A stretch of DNA of 63,391 nucleotides, counting the filler, from Nitrospinae bacterium RIFCSPLOWO2_12_FULL_45_22 (lineage in GTDB: Bacteria; 2-12-FULL-45-22), in assembly GCA_001803565.1 (NCBI GenBank). It is 5 parts of 5 records of this genome, joined end to end, with 100 filler letters (N's around TTAATTAATTAA, not from the genome) between each part and the next. Parts side by side here need not be neighbours in the genome. Positions count along the whole stretch, not along the records: positions 20,456 to 33,772 come from MHDQ01000002.1; positions 33,873 to 43,912 come from MHDQ01000003.1; 3 more parts are not named here. The stretch is one strand, 5' to 3'. The position numbers and the translations under genes were made by a program. Below are positions 29,401 to 38,956 of this stretch, in pieces (positions within the stretch are counted from its first letter, which is position 1; each line of letters opens with the position of its first letter). The notes under the pieces are model-generated. The model worked only from the letters and a program-made list of their open reading frames with translations. It made no database searches and was not told the origin of the DNA.

Positions 29401-31104
29401 CGGGCCTTGCTCTGGCTGCATTCTTCCGGGGATATACCAGCGCTGCTTATCAGCGAGAAAGGAGAAACGGTCTCTACCGCTGCCATTGATGAAATATTGA
29501 AGGATCTTGAGCAAAGGGATTATATTATAGCCTATGGGTTGATGGAGGGTGAAGGAGTAGAGGATTATGGCGTTGCCCTGTTCAATAAAGGCACCTCCGG
29601 CTATAATATCTATCCCGATGGTACTTTGACTATGGCCCTGTTGCGTGGTTATGAGAGCTGGCCGTCTGGCGTGTGGGTTGCTGGGAAAAAAAGGTTTTTG
29701 CCGGATGGTTCTGGTATACAGTCTATGCATGGTACCCATACCTTTGCCTATAGCCTTTATCCCCATATGGCTTCCTGGCGCAAAGCCCAGACTCAGCAAA
29801 AGGGTTATGAGGTCAATTTTCCTTTGGTAGCTCGGATATTAACAAGACATACGGGGATATTACCCCAGGAGATGTCTTTTGTGCGGACTAATTCTGATCA
29901 AGCGATCATTATGGCCTTGAAACCACCAGGATTATCCCAGCCAGAACCGGCAGACCCTTTCGCCCCAGAAGACCCGGCCAAAGAGATTGTCCTGCGGGCT
30001 TATGAAGCAGTGGGGAGGCCAGCTCGGCTAAAGATAATATTATTTAATCCAATAGAGAATGCCTGGAGGGCCGATTTACGAGAAAAGAAACAAGCGGTTC
30101 TTGATCAGGAGCAGGGGAGCACCATTATAGACCTGTCCCCTTTTTCTACGGAAACTATTGTCTTACAAACCAGGTCGCAGAAAATACCGGGATTGAGCTC
30201 AAAAGGATCTGGTGAACCCAGGGAGCCATCATTGCCCAAAGAAGCTATGCCTATCTATTATCGCTACTGGGAATATAACCGCGGGGCCTCTTTTTACGGC
30301 TTTGGAAACCCCGCACTCGCCCCTTACCCCAATGAAAGAGAAAGAGACAAGAGAAAGATAGAACTCCATGGCCTCTGGCTGTTCAAGAAGATTAAAGGCC
30401 GGCAAAACCCACCGGTACAATATATTAAAATACCGGGTTCCTGGGATGCTCAGGGCATCTGGCGGGGCGGGATAGGAAAATATTATAAGGAATTCATGCT
30501 GCCAGAAAAATGGAGGGGGCACGAATTATTTTTTGTGCTGGAGAGCAATGGGGCTCTCGACCTAAAGGTCTTTATTAATGATAAAAACTTATCCCGGGAG
30601 AAGAACAGCAATAGCGAAGAGAAGAGGGTCTACCCTATCCTACCGGAGCTGATAAATTATGGGCAGACGAATAGGCTGGTTATGGAGGTAGAAGACAAGA
30701 AAAGCAAAGGTGTAGTTATCGAAGGGTGTTATATCAGGGTTGATAAAGAAGAAAAGGCCGCTATAATTTACTCCTCACCCCTCACTCCTCACTCCTCACC
30801 CATCACCCCTCACCCCCTGACCTTGCAGCCGGGGCAGAGACAGACCTTTCCTATCACCCTCACAAATCCCTCACCAGAGGAGCAATGGTATGAAATACAA
30901 ATTATCAGTCCAATAAATACCTGGGATATGATACCACATTATTCTCAGCTCATATCCTTAGGCCCCAAAGAGCAGAAAAGAATAGAATTCCCTATAGCCG
31001 TCCCCAGAGACAAACCTCCTGGCCTCTACTGGGCTATAATAAAAATCTTGGGCTCCGGGCAAATCCATTACACTGACTCAGTAGGAATAAAAATAGGAAA
31101 ATAG
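26470..31104 (+). CDS. Membrane-anchored GH38 alpha-mannosidase-like protein with C-terminal sugar-binding/NEW3-like domains
   Basis: FHYDPVWWNTQ, WQCDVFGH, PMGADF, HHDAITGT GH38 motifs; three N-terminal TM segments; IPGSW GH2-like sugar-binding motif. Confidence 0.85.
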   Translation: MLKIIDIFIFLAFLLALFIEFTGGVKLSFLGLKLSLTHIKNPLIAISVLWVLKHAIKWKIFPFFNRHKRYFMVLLLFLLGAIFIGELYLFFFPKLILLGIETTGLLTGTENNPLPVVRIKLFNPGLRKLTGVKILIGEIEAGEQKGIVTQEIPFAKPVTVETTVGLPKSYKKTKKVDTILRIRHAMGSQEKPVTLTLSEAETGWKIFIVPGFHYDPVWWNTQDNSTRRALRLVNAFLETARNQPEFKFVLEQVPYLKPFWDQYPMERTTLQELIKQGRCELVGGAYNQLQSTLLSPETIIRNILYGLFYQEEIMRGSVQTSWQCDVFGHDPNFPQFMKKAGLSYAAWYRGPFHDWGVKPEQINFPTEFLWMAPDGSSLLTHHMSAGYHAGEKLARAGSLLEAGWALEEIFKELKKVALTKNILLPMGADFAEPFLNLTLLARWWNEKYLSPRVIIATPQEFFSQLKKDISEPEEIPVITRDMGPIFAGTNVTNIDSKLANRQAENTVLTAERFATLAYLLGASYPYEVLDHAWRQILFNSHHDAITGTEGDQVYLDLTFGWREAYELAQRVLDRSLLAIGKRINTEKMEGLPLAVFNPLSWSRDDIVSFELEFPQGQAKVQGIRIIDPQGKEVPYQIYDYLNYEDKGIRWLKASFIGQQIPSMGYRLYQIIPLTEGDLVVPGEQNITPNTPQIVLQNQYYKITLAPARGGGIVSLLDKESGKEVIQPGKGALGNELVFYEEYPGKGEGRWVLYPTGKKWYSQNYPVQGKLRQGPVSSRLILEGPFEGCRRKQEIILYEGLKRIDFLSTFIDFQGKQGLYKVHFPLQVKGGRPIFQVANAVIGRSFGYDTDYEEQRYTLDSPAHQWVEYGPNARIMIKDLDSGKPIGSYSLGVGEIVKGKGGTAAANRLAAGLIKKGITTTQTLDSARRYGDLRYDSNLPDFRISLGNEKTNSYTAQLLRQLRPAQRQLYYRLLEKKGRALLWLHSSGDIPALLISEKGETVSTAAIDEILKDLEQRDYIIAYGLMEGEGVEDYGVALFNKGTSGYNIYPDGTLTMALLRGYESWPSGVWVAGKKRFLPDGSGIQSMHGTHTFAYSLYPHMASWRKAQTQQKGYEVNFPLVARILTRHTGILPQEMSFVRTNSDQAIIMALKPPGLSQPEPADPFAPEDPAKEIVLRAYEAVGRPARLKIILFNPIENAWRADLREKKQAVLDQEQGSTIIDLSPFSTETIVLQTRSQKIPGLSSKGSGEPREPSLPKEAMPIYYRYWEYNRGASFYGFGNPALAPYPNERERDKRKIELHGLWLFKKIKGRQNPPVQYIKIPGSWDAQGIWRGGIGKYYKEFMLPEKWRGHELFFVLESNGALDLKVFINDKNLSREKNSNSEEKRVYPILPELINYGQTNRLVMEVEDKKSKGVVIEGCYIRVDKEEKAAIIYSSPLTPHSSPITPHPLTLQPGQRQTFPITLTNPSPEEQWYEIQIISPINTWDMIPHYSQLISLGPKEQKRIEFPIAVPRDKPPGLYWAIIKILGSGQIHYTDSVGIKIGK

Positions 31105-31150
31105 GGGCCTGGTCCTATTTCCTATTCGGACAGAGCAGAGTTATCTCTCC

Positions 31151-31279
31151 TGGATCAAGGCTGGAGAAAATTTTCGCGGAGATAAGAAGGCATACCCAAA
31201 TATTACAGATGAGGATATCAGGGTATGTATAGGTTATGCTTCAATTCTTGCTGATGAAGAGGCCAGAGTTGCTGTATGA
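31151..31279 (+). pseudogene. 3' remnant of a DUF433-type antitoxin
   Basis: AYPNITDEDIRVCIGYA; TGA overlaps the toxin ATG (ATGA); no start codon seen. Confidence 0.6.
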
Positions 31280-31659
31280 AGGTGTTTGCCAATGAGAACC
31301 TTTTTGAGCTTATTATTGATTACCTAAGAGAGATTGGTCATGATGTTATTAGCGTAAGAGAAGGGCTTTCTGGAATCTCTGACGATGAAGTTTATCAAAT
31401 GGCCTGTAAAGAAAAACGGGTGATTATTACTATGGACAAAGATTTTTCGAGGATATTCAGGTTTCCGCCAGAAAAATGTGGGGGCATCCTTATGGTCAGA
31501 ATATACAAACGCACTATAGGAGAAACCTTGAAGATAGTTAAGAAATATTACAAAACATGTATGGCATCCAATGGACTTACAATATTGGAAATATCTTTTT
31601 CCATCACATGGGTGTATATTTCCGTGGTCTTGAAGAAGAAGGCATATTTGATGTTATAG
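31276..31659 (+). pseudogene. DUF5615 PIN-like toxin, probably degenerate
   Basis: MKVFANEN (usual first Asp is Asn), GHDV, SDDEV, ITMDKDF; C-terminus runs into the antisense integrase relic. Confidence 0.7.
31548..31631 (-). pseudogene. C-terminal remnant of a tyrosine recombinase, integron-integrase-like
   Basis: KTTEIYTHVMEKDISNIVSPLD resembles the IntI TTxIYTHV...SPLD terminus. Confidence 0.65.
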
Positions 31660-32585
31660 GCGTTATATCCCTGGCATTCATATTTGGTACAATTATTTAT
31701 TACATATCTATTCGGATAAGGGAAATGGGTTTCCCTAAAATTATTTCCTTTATAAAGCTTTATCATAAGCATATAGAAAAAGGGGCGATATTGTCTGGGA
31801 TTACTCTGATTGCTCTGCGATTGTACTTTCCCATCCAATACCACTATAGTTACATCCAGGGTCGCAAGATAATTTTACCTAATTCCTCCTCACATATTGC
31901 GCCTACTGTCGAGGCTGGAGCTACCCTTTTACAGGTGTTAGCAATTGCTGTAGTTGTCGGGGGATTAGTCTATTTACTAAGAATTTTTTTTAATAGAGGA
32001 CAAAACGATCCAGATAGGCTATTCGAAAGAGGAAAGGAATATTTTGATGAAAAAAAGTATAGTGATGCTAGGGTTTACTTGCGACGCGCCACAAAGATAT
32101 TGGAGAAAATGGGGAAGGGGAAAAGTGATTATGCTGCGAAGTGTCGTTACAACATTGCTATGTCTTATTTCTATGAGAAGGAACATAGTAGGGGTGTAGA
32201 ACTTCTCGAAGAGGTAAAACAAATTCACCCAAAGTTTGAGACTCAAAGAGTTGATGATTCGATAAGATTATCCCGGACGCTTGAAGATATTACTATGGGA
32301 ATATCCCTGCTAACCCGCGCTGAAAAAGCCCTTAACCGAGGAGATTATCCATCAGCAAGGCTATACTATAAAAAGAAAATTGAACATAGTTTACGGATCG
32401 GACTTGGTTCTGATTTCATTCCTGAGACAAAATATGATATTGCGTTTACTTACTTCAGTGAAGCAAATTATGATATGGCACGGAAAGAGCTTTTAGAGCT
32501 AAAGAGAGATTATCCTAATTACAATGAAATGGAAAAAGTTGAGGAATTACTAGCTTGGATAGAGTCGAAGAGGCAAAAAGGATGA
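31557..32585 (+). CDS. Membrane protein with C-terminal TPR repeats; true start uncertain
   Basis: Three hydrophobic segments, then TPR-like helices (LFERGKEYF, RYNIAMSYF, KYDIAFTYF); 5' end overlaps the integrase relic. Confidence 0.7.
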   Translation: MYGIQWTYNIGNIFFHHMGVYFRGLEEEGIFDVIGVISLAFIFGTIIYYISIRIREMGFPKIISFIKLYHKHIEKGAILSGITLIALRLYFPIQYHYSYIQGRKIILPNSSSHIAPTVEAGATLLQVLAIAVVVGGLVYLLRIFFNRGQNDPDRLFERGKEYFDEKKYSDARVYLRRATKILEKMGKGKSDYAAKCRYNIAMSYFYEKEHSRGVELLEEVKQIHPKFETQRVDDSIRLSRTLEDITMGISLLTRAEKALNRGDYPSARLYYKKKIEHSLRIGLGSDFIPETKYDIAFTYFSEANYDMARKELLELKRDYPNYNEMEKVEELLAWIESKRQKG

Positions 32586-32640
32586 TCTATATAGGTCAAA
32601 AATGTATGTATAAGGTCAAAATAAAGGGGGTGTATAAAAA

Positions 32641-32925
32641 ATGGAAAACCCGGACGAAAAATCCTCTTACAATTGGCTTGATGAACCCATATGCACGCCT
32701 GAAGACTACTATAAAGTTAGAGCACAGTTCGTCCTAGCGGCTATCATAGGAATAGCTGCCTTGTTTGGCGGCGCATGGCTGGGTAAGGAAACTTGCTTCG
32801 TTCTCTTTATCATTAGCTTCTTCCTCTTTGTGTCTGCGTTCGACTCTTGGAAGGATTGGTTTGCCGATCAGATAAGGCGGCAAGAAAGGCCAAGAAAAAA
32901 TGGGCAATTTGGGAATGAGCTATAG
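32641..32925 (+). CDS. Small two-TM hypothetical protein
   Basis: ATG start, two hydrophobic helices. Confidence 0.55.
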   Translation: MENPDEKSSYNWLDEPICTPEDYYKVRAQFVLAAIIGIAALFGGAWLGKETCFVLFIISFFLFVSAFDSWKDWFADQIRRQERPRKNGQFGNEL

Positions 32926-33073
32926 ACTGCAAAAAATGTATTCTTTCTAACTACTGATACCATGACCCGTTTTGGGGGATAGGGAACCATGGCCCGATAA
33001 GCCGGTGATCCCTGACCGGCTTCCCCTAATCTTGACCTTTCAGGGAGCTTACTTAAGGGAGGTAGGCGCAAAG

Positions 33074-33253
33074 ATGGTTAATCAGAACAAGTCTAAACAA
33101 GAAGATTTTTTTGAAGGACTAACCCTACAGGACATAGACAACTTTATTCACGGCTATGATAATGCCTTATCTGCTAGTTTACTTAGATATTCCAATGCTC
33201 CCAACAAACGGCTAAAAAGAAGCCAGGAACTACTTAAGAAGTTAACTAAGTGA
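33074..33253 (+). CDS. Short hypothetical protein or fragment
   Basis: GGAGGT upstream of the ATG at 33074; no recognised motif. Confidence 0.3.
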   Translation: MVNQNKSKQEDFFEGLTLQDIDNFIHGYDNALSASLLRYSNAPNKRLKRSQELLKKLTK

Positions 33254-33333
33254 AGATTGGGGTCAGGTCTTGCAATAATACATTTAATAATTTATCTTTT
33301 CGGATACTGTGGTTGCAGGTAAAATAAAGTGCA

Positions 33334-33585
33334 ATGCGTAAATATGAAAAGCTTTTACTAAAAATTCTAAGCGGAACATCTGATGCAAATATTCATTTTG
33401 ATGAGTTGCGCAACTTATTGAAGAACTTAGGGTTTGAAGAAAGAATCAGAAGTAGTCATCATATGTTCAGAAAGGCAGGAGTAACAGAAAAAATCAATCT
33501 TCAGCGTGAGGGAGATAAAGCAAAGCCATATCAGGTAAAACAGGTAAGAAATGTTATAGTTAAATATAAACTTGGAGGAAAATAA
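33334..33585 (+). CDS. hicA: HicA-family toxin
   Basis: GFEERIRSSHHMF, AKPYQVKQVR. Confidence 0.88.
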   Translation: MRKYEKLLLKILSGTSDANIHFDELRNLLKNLGFEERIRSSHHMFRKAGVTEKINLQREGDKAKPYQVKQVRNVIVKYKLGGK

Positions 33586-33772
33586 TGTATAAGTATGAGA
33601 TTATTATTTATTGGAGCAATGAAGATGAAGCTTTCATAGCAGAGGTACCTGAACTTCCAGGGTGTCTGGCACATGGCAGTGCACTTGATGAAGCATTAAA
33701 AAATGCTCAAGAGGCAATTCAGTTGTGGATAGATACAGCAAAAGAGTTTGGAGATCCAATCCCTGAACCAAA
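33585..33772 (+). CDS. hicB: HicB-family antitoxin (truncated by linker)
   Basis: YWSNEDEAFIAEVPELPGCLAHG...IPEP. Confidence 0.9.
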
Positions 33773-33872
33773 NNNNNNNNNNNNNNNNNNNNNNNNNNNN
33801 NNNNNNNNNNNNNNNNTTAATTAATTAANNNNNNNNNNNNNNNNNNNNNNNNNNNNNNNNNNNNNNNNNNNN
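33773..33872. other. Artificial contig linker
   Basis: N run with TTAATTAATTAA. Confidence 0.98.
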
Positions 33873-35013
33873 CAATCACCCGTTGGATCTGATTTGTTCC
33901 ATCAATGATCTGGGTAGATTTGGCATCGCGCATCATCCGCTCTACGGGATAATCCTTCATATAGCCATAAGCGCCTAATATCTGCACGGCGTCAGTAGTG
34001 ACCCTCAGGGCTATATCCGAGGCAAAGCATTTAGCTATACAGACCATGGTCTCTTGTTCTTTCTTAGTGCCCTGATTCTGGTCAATCATAACCGCAATCC
34101 GCCAGATCAGGGATCTAGCTGCTTCTATGCCGATTTTCATATCTGCCAGCATAAACCTGACCGCCTGAAAATCGGCAATAGGTCTGCTAAACTGCCTCCG
34201 TTCCTGGGCATAGGTCATGGCATACTCATAAGCCCCTTCAGCAAGCCCCAGGGATACCGAGGCAACTCCCCAGACCCGCATCTGATTACCGACCTCGGTA
34301 AGGATCCGCCACCCATCCCCCTCTTTTCCCAGACGGTTCTCTTTAGGTACTATGGCGTCCTGGAAGATAAGTTCTGCGGTAATAGAACCCCGCAGACCCA
34401 TCTTGTTCTCCTTTTTCCCTATAGTAAACCCAGACGTCCCTTTCTCGACGATAAAGCCACTGATCCCTTTAGAGCGCTCCCCAGGGCCGGTACGGACAAA
34501 GACCAGATAATAATGAGCAACATCGGCAGTAGTGATAAATAGCTTGGTCCCATTCATGATGTAGTTGGGTCCTTGAAGAACGGCTTTAGTCTGTAAACTA
34601 CCAGCATCAGAGCCATAACCGGGCTCAGTTAGGGCAAAGGCCCCCAGCCTATTACCCCGACTGAAGCCAGTGAAAAATCGCTTCTTTTGCTCATCATTAC
34701 CGGCAGCTTTTATTACCCGGATGACCGATTGAGTAGAGAAAACCATCAGGGCAGAGGCGGGGGATACTTTAGAGATTTCTTCAATAATCAGCGATAAAGT
34801 CAGGCTGTCGCAATTAATACCCCCATATTCTTCCGGCAAGGACAGCTTGAAGAGACCATTCTCTACGAAGGCTTCAAAACACTCCTCAGGGAAATCCTCT
34901 GTCTCATCAATCCTGGCTGCTATAGGGCCAACCTTATCCTGCACTAATTGCCTCACCATCTGACGGATCATCTCTTGTTCTTCTGTCAACTGATACACCT
35001 GTCCCTCCTTCAT
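33873..35013 (-). CDS. Acyl-CoA dehydrogenase (3' end cut by linker)
   Basis: FALTEPGYGSD, NGTKLFIT, KMGLRGS, GAYGYMKDYPVERMMRDAK, IDGTNQIQR. Confidence 0.93.
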
Positions 35014-35492
35014 CACCTTGTGTTAGTCAATAGGTTCATACCGCCGAAAATAAATGCAGGTAATCTATTCATACTATTTAAGGTCTGACCCGCTCAACAA
35101 GGCACGAATAAATCCATGCCCATAATAAACTAAACAAGATTTATTTTAGAAAGACTTAGGGGGCCAGATTTGTCTAATATACAGCCTTTGATTAAGAATA
35201 GTCAATCGCAGTTCATTCAGGAGCACTTTAATAAGACAGATATTATATCCTAGCCTGTAACAGTTCAGGTTCTTTGTCATTTCGAGCGCTTGGTTACTTT
35301 ACTCTTAGGGGCTTCTTTTCTTTTAAATTTTTGCTATAATAATACGATATAAGCCACTGAAAGATGGGGGTATCGAGCAAGGGTAACCACTACATGGATG
35401 ATGAAAAACATGTTGTTATAATTATGGAGTGGCAAGACCTGCTTGACAAGGATTTTCTCAGTGGCTATTGATTTTCCTAAAGGACACCTAAA

Positions 35493-37757
35493 TTGGCAAG
35501 TAAAGATAAAGCCCGAAAGGGAAAGATAGACACTAAGATCAAAGATCGCCCTGCTATTATACATTCTTACAAATTAAGGATTCGTTGGGCTTTAGGCATC
35601 TCTGCCGTTCTCATCTTATTGTTTCTAGCCTTTTTCGACCGCTTCTTATTTCCTATAGCATATCCCAAATTAGGTGAACCCGCCCCGCAAACTATCAGAG
35701 CCCCATATGATTTTTATTTTGATGAGAAAGCGGCCTTTGAGAAGGCAACGAAGGAAGAGATGGAGAACTTTATCCCCATCTTTATCCAGGATCAAAGGTC
35801 ACAGAGGGACTTAATAGAACGGGTAAAATCGTTAATTGAAGCGACAAAACAAATTCAGTCTGATAAATCCCTCAGCGAGCGAAGGAAATTGGAGAGGTTA
35901 AAACAAGTCTTCTCCTTGAAAAGGACTACTGAGGGCATAAGAAAATTGCTGAAATATGGCCAGCTCGAAGAGCTAGGAGAAATCTTGATCTCTGAAGTAA
36001 TTACCCCTATTGTCTCGAAAGGTATTATTACCGATAAAGACCTCCTCAGCAAAGAGGAATTGCGTATCCGTAGCCCTGATAGTGATGATACTGGCTTTAA
36101 AAAGGTCCCTGCCAGAGAGATATATACCCTCTCTCAGGCTAAAGGCTTATTCCGGAATAGAATGGAGAAACTCCTCTTCAATCTTGATCCAGAAATAACC
36201 GATTTATTGACCTCGACGATCCAGCAATATATTTCCCCTAACCTACGCTATTCAGAAGAAAATGCTAAGGAGATGAAAAAGCTCTCTGAAAAGACCTCGA
36301 ACCGGCTGGTTTTTTATCGCCGGGGGGATATCCTTTTGCGATCTGGCAGCCCGGTTAGCCGGGTAGATATTTTTAGACTTGAGGCCTGTAATAAACAGAA
36401 AGTGCTCCCCTATTGGGTTAGTGCCCTGGGAACTTTCCTGCCTCTACTTATCCTAACTTTTTTGTTTATTATCTATCTCTCCCATTTTCATACCTATACC
36501 TTTTCCTATACCCAAAACTATGTCTTTATATTCCTAACCCTCTTAATCCTTATAGTAATAGCAAAGATCATTACCCTATTCACCAGTTTTTCTGGTTATA
36601 TTCTACCAGTCTCTATGGTGGGCATATTGATTACCTCAATAATGAATAGACGGATAGCCCTAATAACTACCCTGCTCGCTGCCCTGTATATAACTTATCT
36701 TACTAATTTTCAGCTTGCCCTTTTTGTCTTCTATGTTATCAGTGGGACATTAGGTATCTGGGTAGGAATGAGGGCCCATAAGCGGGGAAATTTATTTCTA
36801 TATTCCTTATTGCTAGGGGTCGGCAACGTAGTGGTTTTCCTGTGCTGCCAGGCGATGGGAGATACTTTTGATTATAAAGCCAATAAGATTATTCTCTTCC
36901 AGGGGTCTGCCGAGGCCTTTTTTAATGGGGTGCTGGCATGGTTCATGATATTATTAATAACACCTTTCTTTGAGAAGGTCTTTGGCATGGCCTCTACCTA
37001 TAGATTGTTAGAGCTTTCTGATCTCAATGGTCCCCTCTTAAAAAAGTTACAAGAAAAAGCCCCGGGGACTTATTATCACAGCATTGAAGTAGGAAACCTG
37101 GCAGCGGCCGCAGCCGATGCCATTGGAGCTAACTCATTATTAGTAAGGGTTGCCGGCTATTATCACGATATAGGCAAGATGATTCGGCCCAATTATTTTG
37201 TAGAAAATCTAGGTGGAGGAGAAAATCCCCATAATTCTTTATCGTTGGCCATGAGTTCCCATATCCTCCGCTCCCATGTGAAGGAAGGGATTGAGATTGC
37301 CAAAGAATATACCCTCCCGCAGAGGATTATTGACCTGATTTTCCAGCATCACGGCACATCAGTTATGGGTTTTTTCTATCACAAGGCCAGGGATAATGGA
37401 CTTGAAGAGGTTTTATCCGAGGATTTCTTCCGCTACGATGGCCCTAAACCGGTCAGTGTAGAAGCTGGTTTACTCCTTATTGCCGATGCAGTCGAGGCAG
37501 CATCCCGATCCTTAAAGAATCCCACTTATATAAAAACAGAGGAGATGGTAAAAGAAGTCGTTAAAGAGAAGTTTGCTGATGGCCAATTTGATGAATGTCA
37601 GATTACTGGTAAAGAAATTAATAAGGTAATCAATACCCTTACTAATAGCTTGATGAGCTATTCCCATTTAAGGATAGAATATCCCAAGGCAGCGGAAAAG
37701 GTCAAGGCTACTAACGCTAATGCCGGGGTACGCGAGGAAGTTAAGCAGGCATTATGA
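35493..37757 (+). CDS. 7TM-HD (HDIG) phosphodiesterase, PgpH-like
   Basis: Extracytoplasmic domain, multiple TM helices, APGTYYHS, YYHDIGK, HHGTS, ADAVEAA. Confidence 0.9.
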   Translation: MASKDKARKGKIDTKIKDRPAIIHSYKLRIRWALGISAVLILLFLAFFDRFLFPIAYPKLGEPAPQTIRAPYDFYFDEKAAFEKATKEEMENFIPIFIQDQRSQRDLIERVKSLIEATKQIQSDKSLSERRKLERLKQVFSLKRTTEGIRKLLKYGQLEELGEILISEVITPIVSKGIITDKDLLSKEELRIRSPDSDDTGFKKVPAREIYTLSQAKGLFRNRMEKLLFNLDPEITDLLTSTIQQYISPNLRYSEENAKEMKKLSEKTSNRLVFYRRGDILLRSGSPVSRVDIFRLEACNKQKVLPYWVSALGTFLPLLILTFLFIIYLSHFHTYTFSYTQNYVFIFLTLLILIVIAKIITLFTSFSGYILPVSMVGILITSIMNRRIALITTLLAALYITYLTNFQLALFVFYVISGTLGIWVGMRAHKRGNLFLYSLLLGVGNVVVFLCCQAMGDTFDYKANKIILFQGSAEAFFNGVLAWFMILLITPFFEKVFGMASTYRLLELSDLNGPLLKKLQEKAPGTYYHSIEVGNLAAAAADAIGANSLLVRVAGYYHDIGKMIRPNYFVENLGGGENPHNSLSLAMSSHILRSHVKEGIEIAKEYTLPQRIIDLIFQHHGTSVMGFFYHKARDNGLEEVLSEDFFRYDGPKPVSVEAGLLLIADAVEAASRSLKNPTYIKTEEMVKEVVKEKFADGQFDECQITGKEINKVINTLTNSLMSYSHLRIEYPKAAEKVKATNANAGVREEVKQAL

Positions 37758-38094
37758 TGAAGCAGGAAAAGAGCTAGTTTGAGCGTATTAAATCAAGCTG
37801 GAACATATTTGGGACGATAGTGATCGTAATTTCTTAACCTTTATTGCACGTCAAAAAGGCAGGCTCGACACCCCCCTGATAGACCATTCACAATCCTTAA
37901 TTTTTGGGTTTTTTCGGAATAATCCTTCGTATCTTTTCAGGTTATTATTAGGTAGTACCCTTTCCCCGATAATTGCTATTAGCCACCTATTTTTCTTGAC
38001 TGAAAAATACGAGTCTGTTATTTATTAATCAATTTAGCATCAGCGATCAAACAATATCATGAATCCGAAAAATGCGGATATGCTCTCAAATAGT

Positions 38095-38159
38095 TGTAGG
38101 GCAAGGCTTTAGCCTTGCATGAAATATTCGGCGAAGCAAGCCCAAAGGCTTGCCCCTAC
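38095..38159. repeat. GTAG-type REP pair
   Basis: TGTAGGGCAAGGCTTTAGCCTTGC ... GCAAGCCCAAAGGCTTGCCCCTAC. Confidence 0.7.
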
Positions 38160-38213
38160 CTGAGTTTGAAAAAAGAATTGCATTTTTCGGGTAAAGGCAA
38201 GGGAAAAAGTGTA

Positions 38214-38600
38214 TTATTTTTTGATATAAAGCTTGCTTAGCACCTGATCAACTTGATCTGCCGTAAGCGATCCATTGGCAAGCAAAATTTGTCCTAATAG
38301 TCTATGGCGATTTTGAGTCAAATTTTCTTCTAGTTGTCTATTTAACGCCTCCAGCAGTTTTTCTCTCGTGATGAATCCCATTTTGACGGCCATCTCTCCG
38401 AAATGGGCATCTCTATAGGCCACTTTGGTAGCTGCCAATCCGCTTTTTTCCGAGACTAATGTCTTGATATATTCTTTTAGCTTCCTTTGCTCTTTAGCAG
38501 GCAGTTTCTCCAACGCATATTTCCATGTGTCTAACATATCTTGAAGGGTTAACTTGTTTAAAAGGGAAAGTATCTCTGAAATAGAACTTTTTTGACCCAT
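38214..38600 (-). CDS. Stand-alone MshEN-motif protein (putative c-di-GMP receptor)
   Basis: HFGEMAVKMGFITREKLLEALNRQ...LLGQILLANGSLTADQVDQVL. Confidence 0.75.
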   Translation of the reverse strand: MGQKSSISEILSLLNKLTLQDMLDTWKYALEKLPAKEQRKLKEYIKTLVSEKSGLAATKVAYRDAHFGEMAVKMGFITREKLLEALNRQLEENLTQNRHRLLGQILLANGSLTADQVDQVLSKLYIKK

Positions 38601-38956
38601 GATTGATCCCCTTATTCTTAAATATAAATTAAAGTATAAATCAAGCCGATACTATCTGCAAAATATCTACTGAAGAAGCTTAAGCAAAAGGTATTATGAA
38701 AACAAAAGCACTGAATTCCATGGGCCCCATATCATATAAAAATATCCATTTTTAAGCAATCCCATAATACAAATATGTGCGAAGTCTTATGACGACAACA
38801 ACTCTTTATATTTTAAGTGAATATGTGGTAAACTAGTGCTGCTCCATGCAGCCACAAAGGATCATGATATACCCCCCTTTATCCTTCTTGTGAAGGGGGA
38901 AATTGGGCGATATGAGGGATCACACGTTCCGAATCTTCCACGTTATATAAATTTAA

